Shown in pieces: positions 41,713 through 59,220 of a DNA stretch of 64,000 nt (its first letter is position 1; each line of letters opens with the position of its first letter). Both the position numbers and the translations under genes were made by a program. The DNA is from the human T2T-CHM13v2.0 reference genome, Homo sapiens. Where the stretch lies: NCBI RefSeq assembly GCF_009914755.1, contig NC_060944.1; one strand, written 5' to 3'. Under the pieces are notes generated by a model. It was given only the letters and a program-made list of their open reading frames with translations. It made no database searches and had not been told where the DNA came from.

Positions 41713-42285
41713 AAGTGAGTGTGTAGGAGGGATAGTAAATGCCAGATAGCAAGTTGTGATAGTCTACATCTTTTCCATCTCATTTTCACTTTGGTCTCCA
41801 TGCAAACGTGTAAAGAGACAGGGAGTTCTGCATATTTCTGCTGTGAGCAGATGCTTGTGATCTTCTTTGGTAATATGGAATGTTTTCCAGCTTTTCTGCT
41901 TAGTCATATGCATTCTGACTTGTCTATTCAATTTTGCAGCACCCTTTCAGTAATCTTTAAATTTTTCCTAAAAACAAATAAGCAAAAGGAAGATTTTTTT
42001 TTTTTTGGTATGGTAATGGATAAACAAGCAAAGAAACAGACATGCAGGCACAATGAGAATTCTTAGTCACTGACCTGTAATGGAGCTTGGGTGACTCTCT
42101 TGCCCTCTGACTTGAGTTTTCCTATGTGTGGTAAGGAGTTTGATACCGAGGGCTGAGACTGTGATTGATCTAGCAGATCGAGAGCCCTCAACAGATATTT
42201 AGAGTGACAAAAAGCTCATCAGTTTGCTCAGTTGAGATTCATTGGCTGTAAGAAACAGAAAATGACTCTTCCCAGCTGATCCCAG

Positions 42286-42856
42286 TGTGACAGTTAATTT
42301 TAGATGTCAGCTTGACTGAATAAGTAATACCTAGAAACCTGTTAAAGAATTATCTTGAGGTGTTTCTGTGAGGGTGTTTCCAGGAGAGATTGGCACATGA
42401 GTCTGAGTGGAGTAGGTAGAGAAGAGCCACTCTCAAAGTGGGCAGGTACCCTCCAATCTGATGGAGGCCCCAAGAGAACGAAAACAGAGAAAAGACAAAT
42501 GTGTCAATCTATCTGCTGGAGCTGGGATACACTCTTCCTCTCCTGTCCTTACACAATTCCAGGCTCCCTTGCCTTTGGACTCCAAGATTTACATCAGTCC
42601 CCCAGCAGGTTATCAGGCCTTTGGCCTCAGACTGAGTTATACCATCAGCTTCCCTGGTTCTGAGGCCTTTGGACTTGGACTGAGCCATGCCACTGGCATC
42701 CCAGGGTCTCCAACTTGCTGATGGCTTGTTGTGGGACTTCTCAGCCACCCTAATGCCATGAGCCAATTCCCTTAATAAATTCTCTCTCATATGTATATTT
42801 CTATATCTACATCAGTATATTCTCTTGTTTCTGTCTGGAGAACCCAGATTAACATA
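42286..42856 (+). mobile_element. MLT2 (B/C-like) ERVL solo LTR
   Basis: tgtgacagttaattttagatgtcagcttgactg ... ctggagaacccagattaacata; 5-bp TSD cccag/ctcag. Confidence 0.88.
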
Positions 42857-43094
42857 CTCAGCAAAAGTGGTATTTATTGATAAGGTACAGGGAAGCTCAG
42901 AGGATTGGAACAACAGATATGGAGAGAGTACAGAGCAGACAATGCTGTGCAGCCTTGTTTGAGGGCTGCTACAGAATGCTATTCCATTTGCTCTTCGGAT
43001 TCAAAGTTCGGGTAGAGAGTCCAGCTAGCCAGGCTGAGGTCACAGCCTCACTGCTCGACTATACTGGATCAATGAGAGTAGAGATCTAGGGAAT

Positions 43095-43245
43095 TGGCTG
43101 TCTAACTCCAGCTGCACATTAAAATCACTTGTTAGGGGCTCTAAAACCCTGATACTTAGGCCACACAACAGGTTAATCAAATCAGACTACCTGGAGGTAG
43201 AACCAAAGCATTTGATATTTTTAAAACCCCCAAAGTGATTTAATA
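43095..43245. mobile_element. MER5B-like
   Basis: gctgcacattaaaatcac...aatcaaatcagac...tatttttaaaacccccaaagtgatt. Confidence 0.6.
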
Positions 43246-43919
43246 ATTAGCCAAATTTCTAAAATACTGATGTAGAGGAAAAGCCTTCAGAGAGTACTTC
43301 AAGGTTTTTGTAGGAGGACAGGATGCAATGCTTAACATCATGGCATGACTATACCAAATTGGAAAAAAAGATAATTTTCCAAAAGAAAATTGGGTTACAT
43401 TTAAGAAGCAGGGAGGATGAATACTAAATCGCAAATCAATGAATCCGTTAAAAACAGACAAAGATCCATTGCACAGGCAATCTAGTCAAACATCGTTCTA
43501 ACACTTAGAGTAAGGTCTGGCACATAAGAGATGCTCAATAAATATTTACTGAATAAATAAGTAAATAAATAACCAGAGAGTCTTGAAATTTCATGTACCA
43601 TGTAACTCCACCAAGAGAATTACCTGTTTTTCTTGTTTAATCCAAGAAACCCTCTATAATAGATTAAAAGGAGCAAACTTTGTTCAAAAAGAGGATAAAA
43701 CAAAGAGATTGGGGAAATAAGGAATACATTTATGAAAAATTATTATAAAATTTCTGTAGGCTTATTAAGCTTTGCACTGCTCTACTAGACCCTAATGTTT
43801 TGCCTAACGTTACTGTTGATGATCAGATTCTGCTGATCTCAATTTGCTATACTATACTCTTTTTTGTTTACATTTCTAATACTATCATCTGCCTTGACTG
43901 GTCAAATAAAGGCCATCTG

Positions 43920-44100
43920 TTTCATGGTTCTAACACCTTGTTACTTTCAGTATCAAGTTGGTGGGCCCATAGTGCCTCCCTGAAAGTGCTAGAAATGCAG
44001 AATTTGGGGCCCTACCTTAGACCTACTGAAGGAGCATTTGTATTTTAATAAGATCCACAGGGGAGCCATATGCACATTGAAATTTGAAAAGAACTGGCTA
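43920..44100. mobile_element. MER5A1-like
   Basis: tagaaatgcagaatttggggccctaccttagacctactgaa...tgcacattgaaatttgaaaagaactg. Confidence 0.65.
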
Positions 44101-44389
44101 GCACAAATGGCTCATATGCCTAAAATGGCTGATTGTACCTGTCATTCAAACCCACTGGGAGGAAGTGTGGGAACATGGCATTCTGAGCATGGTGCCTTGA
44201 TTGCTGCTACCAACTCTAATCAGTCTGCCTCTCCTAAGACAAATAGCAAATGAATGTAGTGAAGCTCTGGCTTCTGCTGGGATCCTGGGCATAGAGAATG
44301 GTGTAGGTCTTTTGACCTCATAATTTGAACAAGTAAAATGATAAACAGCATCATAACCTACTTAAGAACCCAAAAACAGAAAATTCTGG

Positions 44390-47270
44390 GGGAAGATGGA
44401 GCATACAAAGATCTGTGGTCCCTTAAGGGAGTACTGATGTCAATTCAGTATGAACGTGCCAAATTCCCAAAACACTAAATGAGAGATGAACAAGTAAGCT
44501 GAATATTTCCTTCCTTACGGGAGAGAGACTACAGGGAGATAAGAGAGGCAGCAGGTGCCAGCCTGCCTGATTCTACACTGCAGCTCAGGGGGATAGAGGT
44601 GCCTGTGCTTTCCATGACTGTAGGATCCCTGCTAGGATACTCTAGCCACCACACTAGAATTCCAATGGGCCAGCAAAGGAAAATAACAAGCGAACTATGG
44701 GAAACCATTAGCCAGAGAGAAGATCAAGTGGAACTGTTAGGACTTACACTCAGCAAAATGGAATTATTAGAGCAGAAAAAAAAACCCTGAATTAGAAAAT
44801 AAATTAAAGGTATTTTAAAGGAGATTTGAGTATATCTTATTCAGCAGATTCATTCAAAGAGAAAATGGGGCTGCTGAGATTCACATCAGCAGGCTCGGAA
44901 GGTCAAGTATAAGAACTTCTCAAGCAGACAGCATCTACCATGAGACAGATGTCATGAGAGATCCACAGAATGGAATCAGAGGCCTAAAATGTGAGTAATA
45001 GTAGTTGCAGAAGAACAAAAAGGAATGCATAGAGAAAAACCGACAATAAATACTAGAAGAATAATTCCAAGAGATAATGAAAACCTGAAGTAGCAAATTT
45101 AAAATATTCACTAAGATTCAAGCTGGATTTCAAAAAAAGACACATCAATATGTACATCATGAAAAAATTCCTGATCTCTAAAGAAAAAGAACATCTAAAG
45201 TCAGAAAGAAGGAATTCACTATAAAATAATACCACCAACAGTGGAAGAAAATGGACAATGGAACAGAATCAACTTATATCCAGCCAACATATCATTACTC
45301 TGTCAGGGTAAACAAAAACTACTTGAGGAGAGAAAATAATTTGGAAAGAATAACACTTCAATACGACAACCGAGAAAAGTACTACAAAGACTCTATCCCA
45401 ATGACAAATGAAAAAATTCAGAAACCTGAAAAGATGAGTGAGCAATGATTATGTATACACAGGTTGCACATACATATATGTGTATATATTTGTATGAAAT
45501 ATTTATACAAGCTCATATATAGTTATTCAGCCATATAGGTAAACATGAACAATGTTCATAATTGAATAAGAATAGGTTATATTGCAAAGTATAATATTAA
45601 AAATTAATGACAATAATTAAGAAAATAAAGAAATAAAATTAAGAAAACATTAATTTTTTAGGAAGTTAATAAACACTAGATCTCATCTGTCAAGCCTAGG
45701 AGAAATGGTTACCAGGGAAATAGCAAAAACATTTCAGCATCTCTTTAGAGGAATTACAAAAGGAAGGAAGAAGAGTGGAAGTATCTTTTTAAAATTTCAT
45801 TTTATTGGAATGAAGCAAAGTAGAAAGAAAACTGCTGGTTTTTTTTTTTTTTTTTTTCTGAGGAGGAGGGAGAAGTCTCCTTTTTAAAGGATAGTAGATA
45901 CTGATATCTGATCATTTAGATCAAGATAATAAAAATTAACCATCAATAACAAGGGAGAAAAAAGTAGGCTTTCCCAAGCTAGCAAAGAGAGAAAAAGAAT
46001 AAACTGCACAAGTAAAACACAGAAAAAGAAGAAACAGCTATATGTCCAAAAGTAAATCTAAAATCAGATAACAGTCATATAGCAAGTATATCAGTCACCA
46101 TATAAAATGTAAAAGAATAAGATTTCATCATGAAAAGGCAAAGGCAACCCATTTCTTTGACAAACAAAACACAGCTAGATGTTATATATAAGAAATACTT
46201 AAATTAAATTTAAAATAACATAAATATAAATGAAGTGAGCAAAAAGATATTGGAAAAATGGAAACAAAAGGGAACCAAAAGTGACAATATCAACAAAGTA
46301 GAATTTAAGGGTGGAAGAACCAGGCAGGCACCAAAGGGACATGATATAGTGAAAAATGGCACAATTAGAGATATACAGCAGTCATAACTGATGTGAGGCG
46401 ATCACCATAGGACCTCAAAGCTTAAAGCAATTTTATTTGAAATGCAAGGAGAACTTGCTAAAAATATAATTATGATGAAAACATCAATATCCTTCTCTCA
46501 GAACTGAAAGATCTAGTTAAAAAATAGAAAACAGAGAAAATAAAAAATACAATTAATAAACAACTTGATATGAATTATACCTTATCCCTTGAAAGTACTT
46601 TTAAAAATACTCCTAGAATATTTATAAAAGTTGGTCATATATGTGGCCGCTGGGGAAAAAGTAAAACAGGAAAGTGTGTAAGTGAATAGCTTTTATAAAC
46701 TACGTTCTCTGATAATAAGCTAATAAAACTAGAAATAAATGATAACAAAAAATCTTAATGTCTTGACACAATGAAGGAGCATGCTTCTAGATATTCTTTG
46801 ATCAAAAAGGAAATTAAAAGGGAAATTAGAACCTGTCCAAAGGTCAATGAAAAGGAATACGTCATCCATAATAAAACCTACAAAACAAATCAAAAGCTAT
46901 CATTAGAGGAAAATTTATAGCCTTAATTGTCTTCATTATTAAAAGAGATAACTGGTTTAAAAAGTAATTTTTCATCTCCAAACTGAAAGATGAACAGCAA
47001 AATTAAATAACAGTTAAGGACATTTTAAAATATTTTAAAATGGGGAAAAAAGAAGAGACAAATGATTTCAAAAGCTTGTCCTTTGAAACATTAATAAAAT
47101 AGGTGAAGTATCTCATGATTCTGACAAAGAAAATTTCGAACAAAAGCAAAAGCAGATGGAACAAGGAATGAGAAAGACATAGCCACAAACACAAGAGATT
47201 AAAATTGTGGTGAGAAAATACTATGTCTAACTCTATGGCAACAGATAAAAATGAATCTTTTTTTAGCAAA
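44390..47270 (+). mobile_element. Very old L1ME-type element (5' region, ORF1, ORF2 endonuclease remnants)
   Basis: A-rich strand bias; EN-like caacaaagtagaatttaagg...aaagggacatgatatagtgaaaaatggcacaatt; attagaggaaaatttatagccttaa. Confidence 0.65.
45919..46059 (+). repeat. Donor of a 141-bp local duplication
   Basis: Matches 48313-48448 with 8 substitutions and one 5-bp indel. Confidence 0.95.
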
Positions 47271-47773
47271 ATATCTCTAGCTCACCGACTTTCACAATTC
47301 CTACCCTTATTTCACCATATTACTCTCCTTTTTATATATCTCGTTTTAACCAAGCACCGTCTCTTCTATGCCCAGCTCCCCTACCTTGAATTGGCACATT
47401 TTTCTGCAATCGAGAGTCATTTAGTTTGACTGGCCTACTGTGTGCCTGAGAGGAGAGCTCAGTATGCGCTGATTCTCTACTCTTATTTTCATACTTTTCT
47501 TCCAAGTTCCTGGAGCATCTCTTGCATGCACCCCATTGAGGCCATGCGTCGCAGCTCTCGTCTCCTTAAATATTTCAGAGCACTTTCACATTCATTGTAG
47601 TGTAATCTCACAGGGTTCTTTTTTCTGTTTTTTAAGTAGCAATTTTCAAGATTTTAGACTGAAAAGTAAATGTTATACTCCAGGTGATAGTTTTATATGA
47701 AAAGTAAAATGAATTATTTTGACAAGCTAAGTGACAGGAAGTTTTTCACTACTTTTTAATTATCAAAGACATT

Positions 47774-47792
47774 CACACACACACACACACAC
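47774..47792. repeat. (CA)n microsatellite
   Basis: Seen directly. Confidence 0.85.
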
Positions 47793-48117
47793 AGGCGCAG
47801 AGAAAGAGAGAGACATTCAGAATAGAGCTAATTATATTATCTCACCAGGAAGAAAAGTCAGCCATGATTTTCAGCCTCAAGAGATTCAGGATCTAGTAAA
47901 AGTGCTTAGAACTTAGTGAGATTTTAGAAGTTGCCTAACAGTTTATATAACTGGTAGGGACCTAACTGATAGGAGTGGGAATCTACTTCTGAGATTCCTA
48001 TTTTCCTCAAACCTAGACAGTCTCTTACGTGGATCACGTGCTTTTCAGATCACTGTAAAAATAGTCTTAATTTCCAGAGAGAAAAAATATGTAACATAAT
48101 CAATAACAAATGTTCAC

Positions 48118-48735
48118 TCTATTAGCAAGTGTTTGCTGTGTAACAAACCACTCTCAAATTAGTAGTTTATAATAATGACAAATTATTCAGCTCACAAGCT
48201 GTGGATCAGCAATTTAGGCTGGGTTTGGCTGGGTTGGGAGTTCTATGGCTCTCATTGGGCATTTGCATGTCAGCTCTTGCTTGTCCAGGAGTTTGGCTGG
48301 GGCAACTGGGTTGATCAAGATAATAAAAATTAACCATCAATGACAAGGGAGAATAAAGTAGGCTTTCCTAAGCTAGCAAAGAGAGAAAAAGAATAAACAG
48401 CAAAAGTAAAGAAAAAGAAGAAACAACTATATATCCAATAGTAAATCTGGTTTATGTGATCTCAAATCATGCAGCAGACTTGCTCATTCTTTTTAATGTG
48501 GCAACGGGCAGGCTTTGTGAAAGAATCAGTGTGTGAAGCATCTTAAGGCACAGACTTGAAACTGGTGCAATGCGGTTACTGCCAAATTCTATTGGCTAAA
48601 GGAGGTCTCAAGGCCTTTCCAAGGGGTGAGGAAAGAGACTGTATCTCTTAACAGGAGAAGCTGCAGAGAGACATTGCAAGGGTGTAGATACAGAGCGGAG
48701 AAGGATTACAATCTTTTTGCAACTCCAATAACCTA
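48118..48735 (-). mobile_element. MLT1 LTR interrupted by a templated insertion
   Basis: ttgctgtgtaacaaaccactctcaaatt; gcaatttaggctggg; ctgccaaattctattggctaaagg. Confidence 0.72.
48313..48448 (+). repeat. 136-bp locally templated insertion (copy of 45919-46059)
   Basis: About 94% identity to the donor; sits inside otherwise continuous MLT1 sequence. Confidence 0.93.
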
Positions 48736-49079
48736 CATATCATTTCCGTCCTGTGGATGCATGCTTGGCCCACAGGAAACGTCCTCTGCACCTATTGTCA
48801 GTTCCATTCAATCTCTCACCCTCTTGCTTCTCCAGTTAGGTGTCAGGCATCAGTCCCTGTGCCTCCCGCCTTTAAACTCCATAGGCACATGTCAGGTTTT
48901 CCAAGTGGAGCTCCATAACCAACCCCTCCTTTAACTTCCCCCCTACCTTTCTTCTGTGGTTGGGGAAATTCATGCTTTCCAACAATTCTCTCCACTATCA
49001 GCCCTCCTCAGCATCTCTTGATCACCTTGTCTCCATTTATGGGTGATGTGCTAAGGGCTGAAAAACTAGTTTCATCGGC

Positions 49080-49560
49080 TTCTTAGTTTGGGTACCTGTA
49101 GAAGCAAGAGGGGATGTGAATGCAAGATTAGTTAGCGAGGTTATCTCAAGAAACACAGATTGGAGAGAGGAAAAAAGAGATACAGGGAAAATAAGAAAGC
49201 CAGTGCAAGGTGTGTTTTTCAATACAGTTATCACTGTGGGCAAAAACTCTGGGAGTCAGTGTACAGCACAGGTCTTAGAGTTGTCCCACCCGGGAGTGAG
49301 AGGGCTGGATCACTTATACACCCATCTATGTATAAATACACCATTTTCTACACTCTATCTAGCATAAACTGAGCGCAGCTTTGGGTGAGAGTTGGTTAAT
49401 TCCCTGGCACTTCCAGCCTGCTGTGAAGATGTGTAGGCAGAGAAGGCATCAACAGCCAGAAAAAAAAGCATCCAGCAAGAAAGAGAGGTTCTGGCAGTTG
49501 AGAAGTCAGGCCCGTTTACACTGAAGTGATAAGAGTGAGATGTGGTGATAGCTCCCTGGC
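49080..49560 (-). mobile_element. ERVL LTR remnant (LTR33/LTR16 group)
   Basis: tcttagtttgggtacctgtagaagc; cagttatcactgtgggcaa. Confidence 0.45.
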
Positions 49561-52500
49561 TGTCATCCTTGTCCTCTGTCAATGTGTAGCAACACCGTCT
49601 AACTCCAAGGCAACAGGACACATTGAATTTAGCATTCTAAAATAAATGCAATACTCTCAAAATGTCATTCTCTTAGTCTCATCCTCTCTCAAAAGCATCC
49701 TGTATCCTTCTAGCTGGTCCCTAATTTTACCATTATCCATATTTGCATTCCTGTTGTTCAGATAGCCTTTATTCCTGGTACTGAGATTTGTTGCTCTCCT
49801 TTTTTCTTTACCTGTATTCTCTATTACCATAAATTATCCTTGGAAATATCTTCTCTGATATATATCTTTGCATCTACTACATGGTCTGGCCCACAGTAGA
49901 GGCTCAACAAGTATTTCTGGAATAAATGAATTAATAAGTGAGATTCATTATTCTTTGCAATCAGGCATCTAGGGTATTTTCCATGACAATACCAAACACA
50001 AAATATAGTTGTGTATTATCTCTTCTAGGTTACCTTGAGAGGTGCAGGTTCTCATTACCTGAAAGTGTGGATTAGTTTGAACCAGTGGTTTATCATGGAA
50101 GAAATTCAACCTGACAACTCCCATTTGTCATAGTCATTGTATTTCATGCAACTTTTAAAACTTGTGAAGTGAAGGTCTATGCCTATCACTTTCTATTTGG
50201 TAAGCATAGGTTTCCATGAGTTTTATGCATTATCTAAGACTAAGAAACTGCATTTCTGTCTCCTGCCACCTTCGTCCCCTCTTTCTCTCTGCGTCTCTCC
50301 CTTCTGTCTCTCAGCACACATACAAACGTAGCAATTGAATTATGCTTTTTCATGTTGTTCTCTCTGCCAAGAATTTTATTTTACTCTCATCATTGTCTAT
50401 ACACCTCAATTGTTTTTAGTAAACTTTCTATTGATGTAAAACACACAAATAGAAAAGTACGTAAATCATGAAAACACAGCTCGGCGAATTTTCACAAGTG
50501 AACACGCCTGCTCAATCAGTGCTTCTTCCCCAGTCTTGGGGAATCCAGCAGTGCACTCCAGGGCTCTTTCTGTTGAGGGCTCCTCACTCTTCTGGGAAGA
50601 TCTGTGACAACCCCACTAAGGCTCTCTCTCCCATATAGTTTATGTCCAGGATGTGGAAATCCCCAGGGGACCCCCTTCCCCAGGGAAGGCCAATCTCTGG
50701 CCTCTACTCTGCTACATCTTCCTATCATGGCGTTTGTTTTGTTTTCCCATGTTGAGTGCTATTAGCTGACCTTCTAGCTATTATCTAATGTTAGATCTCA
50801 TCTATAAATGTATGTTACTTCCCTTGCTCTCTGTAATTTCTTTAAGTTTGTAGACGGAATTTGCTTGAAGGGATTCTGTTACATGAAGTAACTTACCCAT
50901 CAGCAGCCTTCACCTGTTCTTTGTATAGAACACTCTTACCTTTTTGGAAGGAAGTGCCACGATTTCTCAGTCTAATTCATGGTGTATTCCCTGTGCCTCA
51001 GACAGTGCTTGGTTCAGTGCCTATGCACAAATATTTGCTTAATTAACATGGGATGAATATTTGCCTGGTTTGAATGTTAGAGATTTTTTGGTTTCTTCCT
51101 AATCTTTGAATGAGGGCAACTCTCTTACACCATTCAATTTATTGAAAAACATCCAGACAGGTTTATGAGGTGGAGAATGTGCAGTGGCTTATTAGGTGAA
51201 TACATAGCAAATTGGGCCAGCCAGTAGTATGAAAATGATGGTGTTGTTTTGTAATACTTTTCTGCTAATTTTCTACAGTCTAGCCCAAAGAATCACCTAT
51301 CAGCTTTAAATGTCTCCCCGCAATGCATACATGCATAGCTCCCCACAAACATCCAGTGAGTATCATTCTGTTCAGTGGACCCTGATGAACAGCTGCCAAG
51401 CTGGGGGCCACTTCCTCTTGTGAATCCATACTGCCTGGGCTCCAAGCCAGTTCTCTAGAGCAGGGATGCAGGCCGTGAAAAGGAACAACCATAAAGATCA
51501 AGTCTTCAAACTATCTTTAGCCCTCTGCCCCACGGCTATGCTAAGCCAAGTAGCATATTTCAGGGATCTGTTCTCCTTTTCTGACTACCACCACATTCCA
51601 TTTCTCTATTATTTCAAGAGGAACCTCTACTATGTTTTCAGAGAACACTACATCCTGCTGAAAATTTGAATGTTTCTGTAATTATTTTTGGCATCTTTCT
51701 CTGAATTAGTCCAAATTTATTTATCTTTAGCTAATATTCTCTATTGTCTTTAGTCACAGTCTTCAGCAGTGTATCTAGTTGCAGGTCTCTTAATTTATAC
51801 TCTATTCTCACATCCTAAGCAGATATCAGAGAGAAATGTCAGTAGATTTCAGGAGACAAAATGGAAAGGAGCCATTGCTCCACCACCTTTTCCTGGAAGT
51901 CTTACTCTATATTTTAAAACACCTTTTTTAATTACTAAGATGCTCTGACGCAAATGTTCACACATTGCAACTAAATGCTACTGCCTTTGAAGTAGAAAGA
52001 AATAAAATAGGAAGAATAAATCACTAAATAAATAAATTTCTTAAGCTGACCATTCTCAAAGGAGACTGTGGGGGGTGACATTCTGTTATCCTCAGTCAAG
52101 CCAGTGGGACAACACCTAAATCAGTGCCTCAGAAGTGGTTGAGCAGTGAGCTTGTGAGCTTTGAAACTCTTTTAGGTAACGTCTTGGCTTTGATTGCTAC
52201 TCTGTCCATATTTATATCTTCTTGGGTTATGATTCTTTGTTCACTAACAGCAAATCAGAGATTGGAGAAAGAAGAAACTCCGTCAGTAACTAATCACACA
52301 TCCATTCTAAAGTCTAGAAAAGCTGCCAGAAAACCATTCTGCTGGACTTTGGAAGTGTTGCTTCTCATGTGCCCTCCTGAGCCAACTTGTCATAGATGTT
52401 CCTGTGGCTCCTATGAAAAAGTACTTGTCTGATGAGGGCCACATGTATAAACAGGCCCAATATGGTATGCACGTATACCAACCCCCCACCATAGGATTGG

Positions 52501-54287
52501 TGAATGGCCATGGCACCATGTGGGCACATTCCCTCTGTTTTCCCTCTGCCTCCACTCTCACATTATAGCCAGATGCTCACTACTGCCCCCTGTGCACTAG
52601 GATCTTTTTAACCAAACATTTCAAGTATATGGGCTATTTCTCAAACTGGTTCCACAGGGCTCTGAGGTCCCATGAGGTGTCTGATGGGAAGTGAGGGTCG
52701 TTCAAGGGGAAATCTGAGCATGTGAGTCTCCAGATGCTTCATCATCAGTTCAGACAGAATTCTGTTTACCTGTCTTACTTGTGAGATTCCTTACAAAATT
52801 CTGATGCAAAAAAAGTTCTCCTGCTAAGTCTAAAAACTTCTGCTACCCATAGAATGATGACCCATCAGTCTTTTGCACTCCAAAACTGTCCATATTTTTA
52901 TCAAGTACTCTGTAATTAATAATGCATCAGATATTTAAATTGTGTAACTTCACTTCATTTTCCTTCTTCCTCTTCTGTCAATGTCCTAGTAAAATCAATG
53001 GTCTCTCCTCCTCCTCCCAGAATTTTGGTGGCACCCTGGCAGGTCCTAAGCCTTTTCTTTCAGGCATATAACTGGATGAAAGGGGACTGGGAATGGGTGG
53101 GTATGTTGGCCAGCCATAATCATGAGGCCTGGGTGGGACTCCCACTCACTGAGCACACTGGCAGCAGCTGGCCAGAGTCATAATTAAAACCAGCTTTGCT
53201 CCAGCTTTAGCATAAGGCTCAAAAGTGACAGTCCATAGTCCATGGGTCTGAGAATATTCAGGCTAATGGGAAAGACATCTTAGACCCGAGTCTCTCAAAA
53301 CCTATCACAGAGACAACAATCTAAACATCTCAATGTCCAACCTCCTACTCTCCTGCTTTAATTTACTCTGCAGAATATGTGGCATGCAAGAAGTATTGCT
53401 CAGTGGGCCCCACTCCCACTAGCTAAGACCCACTGGCTTGGAAACCCCACCAGTCAGTGGCAGCAGGCTGGAGACTGCCTAAGATGACTGAGTTCCCCTG
53501 GGGGAGTGGCAGCCACCATCACTGCAGCCCCAGTCAATCATTTTCTCCTGCCGGTGCCAGGGGACTGGGTGGTTCGGATCAGGAGGAATTCCCCACAGTG
53601 CAGCACAGTGGCTGTGGCAGATCATGGCCAGACTGCTTCTTTAAGTGGGACTCAAATCTACCCCTCATCACTGGGCAAGACTGCCCTGCAGAAATTCCGG
53701 CAACTCCAGCCAGGGGTATACAGACAGAACTCTTATCTCCCTGGGATGGAGCCCCTGTGGGGAGAGGCAGCTGTGGTCTCCACGGTTCAGCCAACTTAGT
53801 CTCTCCTGCCTGCTGGCTCTGGAGAGTCCGAACAGTCTGGATGAGGGGGGTTCCTCCCAATGCAGTGCACCCACTCTGCCAAGGGGTAGCCCAGACTGCT
53901 TCCTTAAGTGGGTCCTTGATCCTATTCCTCCTGATGGGTGAGACCTTCCAACAGGGGTTGCCACTTACCTCATACAGGGGTGTTCTGGCTGGCAATAGGT
54001 CAGTGTGCCTCTGGGACAGAGCTCCCAGAAGAAGAAGAAGGCTGCCATCTTTGCTGTTCTCTAGCCTCCACTGGTGATACCTCCATGTTAAGAAGGGACT
54101 CAGGCAAATAAGGTCTGGAGTTGACTCCCAGCAAACTTCAGCGGTGCTACAGAAGAGAGGCCTGACTGCTAAAAGAAAAACAAAGAAATAGAAAGCAACA
54201 ACAACAACATCAATAAAATGACCCACAAAAAAAAAACCATCCAAAGCTAAGCAGCCTCAAAGTTTGAAGGTATATAAACCCACAAAG

Positions 54288-55303
54288 ATAAGAAAGAATC
54301 AATGCAAAAATGCTGAGAACTCAAAAAGCCATAGTTCCTCTTCTCCTCCAAAATATTGCAACACCCCTCCAGCAAGGGCACAGAACTGGGCTGAGGCTGA
54401 GGTGGATGATTTGACATAAGTAGGCTTCAGAAGATGGGTAATAATGAACTTTGCTGAGCTAAAGGAACATGTCCTACCCCAGTGCAAAGAAGCTAAGAAC
54501 GATGATAAGACGTTACAGATGCTGATAACCAGAATAACCAGTTTAAAGAGGAACATAAATTACCTGATGGAGCTGAAAAACACAATTTGAGAACTTCACA
54601 ATGCAATCACAAGTGTCAATAGCTGAATAGACCAAGTGGAGAAAAGAATCTTAAAGACTATCTTGCTGAAATAAGACAGGCATACAAGGCTAGAGAAAAA
54701 AGAATGAAAAGGATCAAACAAAACCTCTGAGAAATGTGGGATTGCGTAAAAGACTGAACCTATGACTGACTGGGGTACCTGAAAGAGACAGGTAGAATGG
54801 GACCAAGTTGGAAAACATATTATAGGATATCATCCAGGATAATTTCCCCAACACAGCAAGACAGGCCAACATTCAAATTCAGGAAATCCAGAGAACCCCA
54901 TTAAGATACTCCATGAGAAGATGAATCCCAAAACACATAATCATCAGATTCTCCAAAGTCAAAATGAAAGAAAAAAAATGCAGGGGCAGCCAGAGAGAAA
55001 GGCCAGGTCACCTACAAAGGGAAGCCCATCAGACTAACAGTGAACCTCTCAGCAGAAACCCTAAAAGCCACAAAATATTGGGTGCCAATACTCAATGTTC
55101 TTACAGAAAAGAATTTCCAACCCAGAATTTCACTTCTGGACAAATTAAGCTTCATATGTGAAAGAGAAAGAAAATTCTTTTCAACAAGCAAATGCTGAGG
55201 GAATTTGTCACCACCAGGCCTGCCTTGCAAAGCTCCTGAAGGAAGCATTAAATATGCAAAAGGAAAACTATTACCAGCCATTGCAAATGCACACTGACGT
55301 TCA
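54288..55303 (+). pseudogene. L1 ORF1p remnant
   Basis: Canonical start context aaagATG reads aaagATA; stops and frameshifts throughout. Confidence 0.8.
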
Positions 55304-55364
55304 CAGACCAATGACACTATGAAGCAACTACATAAACAAATGTGCAAAATAACCAGCTAGAATC

Positions 55365-59220
<3,856 letters not shown>

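Noticed and set aside
50030-51355. Plus-strand AG...GT exon-like pairs (50030-50199, 51279-51355)
   Set aside because: Consistent with background pseudo-exon frequency; no recognisable coding content.
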